Positions 26,522-33,783 of a stretch of DNA of 37,634 nt are shown one piece after another (the first letter of the stretch is position 1; every line of letters starts with the position of its first letter). The position numbers and the translations under genes are program-made. The stretch lies in NCBI GenBank assembly GCA_016199665.1, contig JACQGG010000020.1:1-37634 (forward strand), given 5' to 3'. This DNA is from Acidobacteriota bacterium. Lineage in GTDB: Bacteria; Acidobacteriota; UBA6911; JACQSX01. Under the pieces are notes generated by a model, which had not been told where the DNA came from, searched no databases, and saw only the letters and a list, made by a program, of their open reading frames with translations.

Positions 26522-27767
26522 GGACTATTCTCACCAGCAGCAAGACACAGGCCATGAGGCCCGTAACCGTCATGTAGAAAAGGACATCGGGAATGTTCCG
26601 ACTCCAGAAGTAGAGGCTCCCAACCTGAAACAAGGAGACGAATGCAAGAACCTTGTAGGTATCCTGGATGTCACGGGCCAGGCAATAATTTACCGATAAG
26701 GTCATGATGGCAAAACAGACCATAGCCAGTCCGTAAGGTCCGAGGAAGGCGGCTCCCCCCTGGTATTGGCCCCCCAGAAACAGACGCAGCAAAGGCTCCG
26801 GAAAAGCATAAAAAAAGATAACGCCGGCCAGCGAGATGCCGGCTGTCAGCACGGTCGAGAAAACAAACAAGCGGAAGGACTCGGCGCGCTCTGCGCCCGA
26901 AACCTTGGGGAGCAACACCTGCGCCACGGCCGCCGGCAGGTACAGAATGGTTCGTCCCAGAACACACACGCCGGCGTAGATCCCGGCCTGCTCGGGATTG
27001 AACCGGTGTTTGACCAGCACCATGTCGATGAAAGTGATCAGAGTGAGAAAGAAGAGCGTTGCCGATGTGGACGAGAACTGCAGGCTCTCGGGCTTCTCCC
27101 CGTTCTCGTCCGGGTAGGGCCGGAGAAGGCTGCGGATCAACAGGAAAGAGAGGATAAATACCGCCGCCGTGGCGAGGATCGCCGCCGAGAGCGCTCCCAC
27201 CAGCGCCGCACCCGCCCAAACCAGGAGGACCGCCGCCACGAGCCGAATTCCGCCCAGAATCGTCCCGAGTCCTGCATACACGGCAAAGCGCTGAAGACCC
27301 TGATAAAAGCCGATGTTGAGCGCCGCCAGAAGGGACCAGAACACCAGAACGGCAAACAACATGAGCGGCCAGAACTGCTCCAGGTTCAGGAACCGCTGCA
27401 GCGGAGAAAACATCAGGACCACCGTGGCGGCGGCGGCTCCGGAAAAGAACGCCGTCTTTTTCAGCACCGAGTAATAGAGGGCCCGAATCTGCCCCCAGGA
27501 CTCTCGACGCGCCATGCGAGCAATGTGTTTGGCCTTGACCAGCGTGATGGTGGCGGCCGGAACCGAAATGATGATCGTCAACGACAGAATGGCATTCAGC
27601 GCGCCGAAATCGGCCAGCGTTAAAAGCCTCCCCATGGCAAACTGGTAAAGGTAGTTGGCCACATTCCCCAACATTCCGACAACCAGGACCACGGCGCTGG
27701 AACGAAGCAGATCCCGCCGCTCGGTGTTCAGCAGCGTGCGTCCCCACCTCAGTACCAGCGAGGTCAT
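26469..27767 (-). CDS. Oligosaccharide flippase (Wzx/MOP family)
   Basis: About 12 hydrophobic helices; NYLYQFAMGRLL..ADFG, GFYQGLQRF, IDMVLVKH, AGIYA, LLPKVS. Confidence 0.87.
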   Translation of the reverse strand: MTSLVLRWGRTLLNTERRDLLRSSAVVLVVGMLGNVANYLYQFAMGRLLTLADFGALNAILSLTIIISVPAATITLVKAKHIARMARRESWGQIRALYYSVLKKTAFFSGAAAATVVLMFSPLQRFLNLEQFWPLMLFAVLVFWSLLAALNIGFYQGLQRFAVYAGLGTILGGIRLVAAVLLVWAGAALVGALSAAILATAAVFILSFLLIRSLLRPYPDENGEKPESLQFSSTSATLFFLTLITFIDMVLVKHRFNPEQAGIYAGVCVLGRTILYLPAAVAQVLLPKVSGAERAESFRLFVFSTVLTAGISLAGVIFFYAFPEPLLRLFLGGQYQGGAAFLGPYGLAMVCFAIMTLSVNYCLARDIQDTYKVLAFVSLFQVGSLYFWSRNIPDVLFYMTVTGLMACVLLLVRIVHATRSAAIAASRDHYSR

Positions 27768-27768
27768 A

Positions 27769-29511
27769 TTAATGTTTCAATTCCACGGCGACAGGCTTGA
27801 TCCCGGAACGCTGGTTCAGAAGCAGCGCCATCCAGCATCCGACTCCGTAGGCGATGTGCGTCGACACAATCCCACTCCCGATTGCCAGGATCATTCCAGG
27901 TCGGAGACTTGAGAAGGATTCCAAAGCCACCAGCACCAGGTAAACTGCGATCGCCGCCAGGAAAACTTTTGCAAAAAGAGGACTGAGCAACGCCATGGGA
28001 AGACCCACTGCCAGAAAAAGCACCAGCAGCGCAGGCAGAACAAAGACCGTCTCCGGCCACCGGAACAGCGAAGCTGGATTCAACCTTATATACTGGCCGC
28101 GAGTGTGACCCCAGGTGAAAATCGTCGAGAAGTAGGGGACAAACAGAGGCGCAAACCTGCGGTGCACAACCACCTCCGGATCATAGACAACGCGTTTGCG
28201 CCCTTTCTGGATGTAATGACCCAGCCACGTCTCTACACCGGTATCGAGGCGATTTCGCCTCAACGCCGAGACCAGGTCTTCTTTTTTCATGATCAGGTTC
28301 TCAAGGGTAATCGTATTGACGTAGCGATGGAGAGACTGCATATAGCGATATCTAAATCCGCCGCAACCCATTAATGAACTCAAGACCTCCCGCACCGCCT
28401 CGCTCCAGAAATCGCCCGCCTGCGGCAGGATCGGCCCGGACACGGCGACGATGTCAGCCGAACCCAGGTTCCTGGAGGCTTTCTCAAGCCAGAATCTGTC
28501 GGGTACTGCTCCCGGCCTCACGAATGCCAGCGCCTCTGTGGGCAGTCCTTCGATGATTTCCAGAAGGGACGCCCGTCGCGCGTCCAGTGGTACATAGAGG
28601 ATCCGGTCCGACTCCAAACGCGGGGGATCGGTTCCACAGGCGATCACGGTGAAACTACCGAATTGGATATCCAGACACCCGCGCAGCGTTTCTTCGACTT
28701 CCGGAGAGTACCGGTCGTATGGAACGATCACCGATACGGTCGGGTACGAACCCTCTCTGAGGAACTTCAGGTCATAGTATTTCAAAATATGCATCCGATA
28801 AAAAATCGCCAGGGTATCGAGCAGCGTGCTCCAGAGCGTGTCATAAGTAACGCGTCCCCATCGAACCGTTCTCCTGAACTCCAGCTCGATCGGCGCCTCG
28901 ATGATCTTGTAGTTCAGCCGGTGGATGTTGGCCAGCAACTCAACGTCCAGTGCGAAGCGCTTGCAGAGAATCTTGTAAAAAACCTCTTCCAGCACCCGGC
29001 GCCGGAACACTTTCAGCCCTACCTGCGTGTCCCGGAGCGGAAGGCCGAACAAAAGCCAGAGGATAAAATGGTAGGTCTTGCTGATAAGTCTCCGGCGCAG
29101 CGGGTAGGAAACGCGAGACTCGGGGTGGCGCTTGGACCCGATGACCACATCAGCGTCCTGCTCCTGCATGAGCTGAAAGAACTTTCCCAGCACGCGCGGG
29201 TGCAGGTCAAGATCCGCGTCCAGGAATACAACGTAGTCTCCATCAGCGGCCTGGAAGGCGCAACGGAGCGCAAATCCCTTGCCCTCGTTCTGCCGGTAGT
29301 GAAGGACCCGGATGTGCGGGTCCCGCTCGGCCACCGCCTTTAGCTTTGCCAGAGTTCCGTCCTGGCTGCCATCGTCGACGCAGATCACTTCATAGCTTTC
29401 GGAAAACTCGGCGAAAAAGGCGCTGATCTCGCGCAAGTTCTCCCGGATGGATCCTGCCTCGTTGAAACAGGGAATCAGGACACTGATCTTTCCTTGAATC
29501 GGGGCAAGCAT
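27769..29511 (-). CDS. Two-domain GT2: polyprenol-phosphate sugar synthase-like N-domain plus degenerate GT2 C-domain with TM tail
   Basis: N-domain IPCFNE, VDDGSQDGT, NEGKG, FLDADLD, IGSKR, DTQVGLK, FALDVELL (DPM/DPG-synthase-like). The C-domain aligns by eye with 25523..26521 but lacks DXD. Confidence 0.87.
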   Translation of the reverse strand: MLAPIQGKISVLIPCFNEAGSIRENLREISAFFAEFSESYEVICVDDGSQDGTLAKLKAVAERDPHIRVLHYRQNEGKGFALRCAFQAADGDYVVFLDADLDLHPRVLGKFFQLMQEQDADVVIGSKRHPESRVSYPLRRRLISKTYHFILWLLFGLPLRDTQVGLKVFRRRVLEEVFYKILCKRFALDVELLANIHRLNYKIIEAPIELEFRRTVRWGRVTYDTLWSTLLDTLAIFYRMHILKYYDLKFLREGSYPTVSVIVPYDRYSPEVEETLRGCLDIQFGSFTVIACGTDPPRLESDRILYVPLDARRASLLEIIEGLPTEALAFVRPGAVPDRFWLEKASRNLGSADIVAVSGPILPQAGDFWSEAVREVLSSLMGCGGFRYRYMQSLHRYVNTITLENLIMKKEDLVSALRRNRLDTGVETWLGHYIQKGRKRVVYDPEVVVHRRFAPLFVPYFSTIFTWGHTRGQYIRLNPASLFRWPETVFVLPALLVLFLAVGLPMALLSPLFAKVFLAAIAVYLVLVALESFSSLRPGMILAIGSGIVSTHIAYGVGCWMALLLNQRSGIKPVAVELKH

Positions 29512-29557
29512 GGTGTTTCAACTGCCTTTCAATCTCAGTCTGCGGATGAATCCATAA

Positions 29558-30607
29558 TCAATCCGAATTCTCACTCCAGGATCGATCGGAATAGTACTCG
29601 ATGACCCGCCGGATCATGTCGTCCAGCTGCACCCGGGGTTCCCACTCGATGTAAGCGCGGATCTTGGAAATGTCGGGAACCCGGCGCGGCATGTCCTCGA
29701 AACCTTCGCCGTAGACCTGGTCATAGGGCAGGCGCTGGATCTCTGAATCGCTGCCGGACGCGAGCTTGACTCGACGCGCCAGATCCTCGATGCTCACTTC
29801 GACGCCGTTTCCGACATTAAAAATCTGTCCCACGGCCCGCTCGCAGGATGCCAGTTGCACCAGGGCGTTCACCACATCCCCGACGTAGCTGAATGACCGC
29901 GTCTGCCTGCCGTCGCCATAAACGGTAATCGGTTTTCCAGCCAACGCCTGCTTTACAAAGTTAGGGAGGACCATCCCATAGCGACCCGTCTGACGCGGCC
30001 CCACGGTATTGAAGAGGCGCACGACCACCACAGGCAGCCGTTTCTCCTTCCAGTACGCGATCGTCAGAAACTCGTCCAGGGCCTTGGAACAGGCATAGGC
30101 CCATCGGCCTTTCACCGTGGGGCCGAGCACCAGATCATCATCCTCCGAAAAAGGCACCTTGGTGGCTTTGCCGTACACTTCAGACGTGGATGCCAGCAGC
30201 ACTTTCTTTTTCTTCTTGTGGGCCAGCTCCAGAACCACCTCGGTGCCGCGCACATTGGTTTCGATGGTCCGAACCGGACTTTCCACGATCAGCCGCACCC
30301 CGACTGCCGCCGCCAGGTGGTAAATCACGTCGCACTGATCCACCAGTTCCGCCAGAATCGGGACGTTCAGGACGGAATCAATTGTATAGTCGAACCGCGG
30401 AGTTCCGCCCGCGGTCGATGGATCGCCGCCACGGCCGGTGCCCACGGTCCCGCCGGAGCGGGGATACCGGGCTTTCAAGTGCTGCACATTCTCGATGGAA
30501 CCGGTGGACAGGTCATCGATGATGGCCACGCCGTGCCCCTGGCTCAGCAGAGCTTCGGCCAGATGACTGCCGATGAAACCGGCGCCGCCGGTGATGAGAA
30601 CCCGCAT
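29558..30607 (-). CDS. NAD-dependent epimerase/dehydratase (UDP-glucuronate decarboxylase-like extended SDR); first gene of the cluster
   Basis: TGGAGFIGSH, HLAAAVGV, STSEVYG, YACSK, RLFNTVGPRQ, GDGRQTRSF. Confidence 0.92.
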   Translation of the reverse strand: MRVLITGGAGFIGSHLAEALLSQGHGVAIIDDLSTGSIENVQHLKARYPRSGGTVGTGRGGDPSTAGGTPRFDYTIDSVLNVPILAELVDQCDVIYHLAAAVGVRLIVESPVRTIETNVRGTEVVLELAHKKKKKVLLASTSEVYGKATKVPFSEDDDLVLGPTVKGRWAYACSKALDEFLTIAYWKEKRLPVVVVRLFNTVGPRQTGRYGMVLPNFVKQALAGKPITVYGDGRQTRSFSYVGDVVNALVQLASCERAVGQIFNVGNGVEVSIEDLARRVKLASGSDSEIQRLPYDQVYGEGFEDMPRRVPDISKIRAYIEWEPRVQLDDMIRRVIEYYSDRSWSENSD

Positions 30608-30641
30608 AAAAACTTCAACCTCGCGTCATAAATAAGGGGCT

Positions 30642-30670
30642 ATTGTGCACCAAAGCGCTGCCGGTGTCGA
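30642..30670 (-). promoter_or_regulatory. Putative sigma70 promoter of the glycosylation cluster
   Basis: Minus-strand TCGACA (30670-30665), 17-nt spacer, CACAAT (30647-30642), about 35 nt upstream of ATG 30607. Confidence 0.5.
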
Positions 30671-30773
30671 ATCACCCCGGGGGGAAAACCCCGCGCATCC
30701 TTGAGATTGCGGGAAGATTGCGGGCGGGTTTTGAGCCCTCACCCAAGCTTTCACTAGCGCTTCACGCTGACCA

Positions 30774-30866
30774 GGGCGGTCAGCATTCAGCCGTCAGCCC
30801 GTCAGCGGTCAGCCGACAACATTCGCCAGCAGAAGCTGACCGCCGAATGCTGAATGCTGATCGCCC
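30774..30866. repeat. Palindromic element built from ~7-nt xxTCAGC units
   Basis: Arms gggcggtcagcattcagc (30774-30791) and gctgaatgctgatcgccc (30849-30866) are 17/18 complementary, with further tcagc/gctga units inside. May act as a terminator for the upstream minus-strand gene. Confidence 0.75.
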
Positions 30867-30892
30867 AGTCCAGTTGTTTATTGGACACGACA

Positions 30893-31597
30893 CTAGCGCT
30901 TCGCGCTGGGAAGCGGTACTGAAGCGGGCCGGTCCAAGACGAGTTCCAGGGTTGTGCCTCTTTTCAACACCTGGTCCTTGCCTCCTTCGGCCAGGCTCCC
31001 GATAATGCCGGCGATAATGCCGATGCCGGCGCCGATCGCGGCGCCCTGCCTGCCATCGACCGCCGCGCCAACCGCCGCTCCTGCTCCCGCAGCGCCGACT
31101 ACAGTCGTCTTGCGCAGGCCAGACACCTTCCGACCTACATCTCCTTCATCGGACGGATTCAGTGCTTCTCCGCCTGCCGCCACCGGAGACGCGCTAATGT
31201 CAAACGCATGGCCGGAAGGAAGCTCCACAGTGTGAAAGTGCAGCGCCAGCTCGGCGCGACCCCGGAGACGACCCGCCCGGCTCGCCCGTACAATCGATCC
31301 ACGCAAGACACTTCCTTTTGGAATTGCCAGGTTGTCCTCGATCCAGAAGTCATGGCTCAACACTGCCTCAAACTCCTCGCCTTTGGTGGCCGTCCGGGTT
31401 GAGATTTCCCGTGAAAGCCGCACTTTCAAGTGGGCTCCCTTCTCAATTTCGATCGTCTGACAAAGGAGCCAGCCGCTGGAAAGCTGGAACAACAGCACCA
31501 GCGGGCCCCCCCATCGCCAGGCGCGGGTCCCCGCCCCAAGACTGCGACCCCCTTTTTTCTGTCGCAGACGGGAATATTTGTGTGCCCCAGGATTCAC
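30893..31597 (-). CDS. Exported beta-rich protein with glycine-zipper segment (TrbI/VirB10-like beta domain)
   Basis: Signal-like PLVLLFQLSSGWLLC, then LKVRLSREIST..GEEFEA..IPKGSVLRGSI..AGRLRGRAELALHF, GAAGAGAAVGAAVDGRQGAAIGAGIG, VLKRGTTLELVL. Start uncertain: GTG 31597 preferred because track start 31735 collides with the divergent gene. Confidence 0.65.
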   Translation of the reverse strand: MNPGAHKYSRLRQKKGGRSLGAGTRAWRWGGPLVLLFQLSSGWLLCQTIEIEKGAHLKVRLSREISTRTATKGEEFEAVLSHDFWIEDNLAIPKGSVLRGSIVRASRAGRLRGRAELALHFHTVELPSGHAFDISASPVAAGGEALNPSDEGDVGRKVSGLRKTTVVGAAGAGAAVGAAVDGRQGAAIGAGIGIIAGIIGSLAEGGKDQVLKRGTTLELVLDRPASVPLPSAKR

Positions 31598-31694
31598 AAG
31601 ATTCACTTCCACTGGCCCCAAGTATACCGCAGCATTCACTTGGATGGTTGCCGGAACGGAAAGGTTCGCAAAATTGCAGCACGCAATCTTGATC

Positions 31695-31724
31695 TTGAAA
31701 CCGCTCGGGCAAAACCTGTAACTT
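31695..31724 (+). promoter_or_regulatory. Possible promoter giving a near-leaderless GntR transcript
   Basis: TTGAAA-18 nt-TAACTT ending 9 nt before ATG 31734; no Shine-Dalgarno sequence visible. Confidence 0.3.
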
Positions 31725-31733
31725 TCTAGCAGC

Positions 31734-32687
31734 ATGACCCAGGTTCATTTCACAGTGGATAAGGACTGCGGCCTTTCGTTGTACGAGCAGGTCAAAGGAC
31801 AACTGCTTTCCGGCCTTTACACGGGAAAGCTCAAACCGGGCGACCGCCTTCCCTCCGTGCGCGAGATGTCGCGCCATACCGGCATTAACCTGAAATCCGC
31901 GCAGCGGATTTATCAGAAGCTCTCCCTGGAGCATTGTGTCGAAATTCACAGGGGAAGCGGGGTATTTGTCCGCGAGCGGGATCAGCAGACTTATGACCGC
32001 ATGCGACGCAAGGCAATTCACAAGCTGATCTCCGATGCGCTGGAAAAAGCCCGCGGTCTCGGACTGACGCCGGAAAAGCTGCAGCAGTTGATTGAGAACC
32101 TCAGTACCGGCAGAAACCTCCGCCGTATCGTGCTCACCGTGGTTGACCACGAAGAAGAGGCCAATATCTTCTCCAACGAGATTCGGGAGCGCGTCGCGCC
32201 GGCCGAGGTCTATGCCCTCTGCCTGGAAAAGAGGCAGAACGGCGTGGACCCCGCCGCTCTGGAAAAGTCAGAGTATGTTCTCACTACTAGCTGGCATCTC
32301 GATGCGGTTCAGGAGCTGGTCCGCCGGTATGGAAAACCGGTCCTTGAGATCCGGCCCAACCCGCTGATCTCAGCCGAGATCCTGGAAGCGGCGCGCACCC
32401 GGAATGTGGCGCTGGTTGTCAAAGATGAGCACACCATGCATGCAAGCTGGGACATGCACATGACAATTTTTCACCCCTCCACGGACAGGAAGTTCTTCAT
32501 CTGTCCCTTGAGTCGGAAGGAAATGATTCGGAAGATTCTGAAGGAAGCGCAGGCAATTTATGTCACTCCAGCCTGCTGGGATGAAATGCGCAAGATCACT
32601 CCTTTGCATGTTGAACTGAAAACCTACCAGAGTTTCATCTCTGACGAGACGATTGCAACGCTGCGGGAAATCCAACTGTATGACTGA
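31734..32687 (+). CDS. GntR family transcriptional regulator
   Basis: wHTH LYEQV..G.LKPGDRLPSVREMS...IN..SAQRIYQKL...HRGSGVFV with a ~200-aa C-terminal domain. Confidence 0.92.
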   Translation: MTQVHFTVDKDCGLSLYEQVKGQLLSGLYTGKLKPGDRLPSVREMSRHTGINLKSAQRIYQKLSLEHCVEIHRGSGVFVRERDQQTYDRMRRKAIHKLISDALEKARGLGLTPEKLQQLIENLSTGRNLRRIVLTVVDHEEEANIFSNEIRERVAPAEVYALCLEKRQNGVDPAALEKSEYVLTTSWHLDAVQELVRRYGKPVLEIRPNPLISAEILEAARTRNVALVVKDEHTMHASWDMHMTIFHPSTDRKFFICPLSRKEMIRKILKEAQAIYVTPACWDEMRKITPLHVELKTYQSFISDETIATLREIQLYD

Positions 32688-32727
32688 TCGCAGGTAGCCG
32701 TTTCATAGACTTGGAGGCCAGGCTGCG

Positions 32728-33732
32728 ATGACGCACGCTGCCGGGACGGAACTGCGAGACATTTCAAAGATTGAAACGCACCTGCATCTGGAAGGTTCTC
32801 TGACCGAGCAGCGCCTGGTTGCCCTTGCCAGCAAACATCAGAGTTCTCTGCTGGAGAAAGGTCCGGACGCGGCCGCCCAGTTGTACAACTTCGAAACCTT
32901 CACCGGCTTTCTCAACGCCTACAAGGTCTGCTGCGAACACCTTAAAACGCCGGAAGATTACCGGCAACTTACCGCGGAGCTGTTGCAGCGGCTGGCGGAC
33001 CAGCACTGCGTTTATGCCGAGATTCTTTTTACTCCCTCCATCTGCCCTCGTTTCGGTCTCCCAGCCCGGGAAGTGATAGAAGCGGTGCTGGAGACCGGCC
33101 GCGAAGGGCAGCCTCGCGGAATCCAGGTGCGATGGATTTTTGACACAGTGCGGCAGTGGGGCGCCGATCCCTGTTGGCAGACTCTGGAATGGGCCCTGCA
33201 ATACCGGGACCACGGCGTGGTGGGACTCTGCATCGGCGGCGACGAAGCGAGCCAGCCGGCCCGCGTCTTCCGCGACGTCTTTGAATCGGCGGAAAAGGCG
33301 GGCCTGCACCGCTCCGCGCACGCCGGGGAGATCTGCGACGCCCGCAGCGTCTGGCATGCCATCGAAGAACTTCGTGCGGAACGCATCGGCCATGGCGTTC
33401 ATGCGCTTGAGGATCCACTGCTGGTGGACTATCTGATCCGCCACAGTCTGCCCCTGGAGATCAGCATCACCAGCAATTTTCGAACCGGCGCCGTCGACAA
33501 GGATTGCGTACATCCTATCCTTGAGATCAACCGGCGCGGCATCCCGTTCACGTTGAACAGCGATGATCCGGGCTTGTTCCGGACCTCGCTACAGCGTGAA
33601 TGGGAACTCGCGGCGGGGATATTGGGATGGTTTCCAGAACAGTTTGTCGAACTGGTGCGGCGCACCTTGCGCTATACATTCCTCACCGAGGACGAGCGTG
33701 AGCAGATCCGGGCCATACTCGGAGACGGCTGA
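32728..33732 (+). CDS. add: Adenosine deaminase family protein
   Basis: KIETHLHLEGS, YAEI, GGDE, HAGE, ERIGHG, LEIS..SN, NSDDP. GGAGG RBS. Confidence 0.92.
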   Translation: MTHAAGTELRDISKIETHLHLEGSLTEQRLVALASKHQSSLLEKGPDAAAQLYNFETFTGFLNAYKVCCEHLKTPEDYRQLTAELLQRLADQHCVYAEILFTPSICPRFGLPAREVIEAVLETGREGQPRGIQVRWIFDTVRQWGADPCWQTLEWALQYRDHGVVGLCIGGDEASQPARVFRDVFESAEKAGLHRSAHAGEICDARSVWHAIEELRAERIGHGVHALEDPLLVDYLIRHSLPLEISITSNFRTGAVDKDCVHPILEINRRGIPFTLNSDDPGLFRTSLQREWELAAGILGWFPEQFVELVRRTLRYTFLTEDEREQIRAILGDG

Positions 33733-33783
33733 AACTTCCCGCGCTCCCGGACGGAGGCAGCGGCTGAACCGCCGCATGTTTTC

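Noticed and set aside
26671-27747. 358-aa same-strand alternative-frame ORF over the flippase
   Set aside because: Gly/Arg/Ala/His-rich with no motifs; the flippase frame explains the region.
30608-30750. JUMPStart/ops antitermination element ahead of the glycan operon
   Set aside because: No GGCGGTAG-like sequence on the coding strand in the leader region.
30893-31735. Type IV secretion/conjugation system implied by the VirB10-like protein
   Set aside because: No other T4SS genes nearby, and the resemblance is limited to a beta domain judged by eye.
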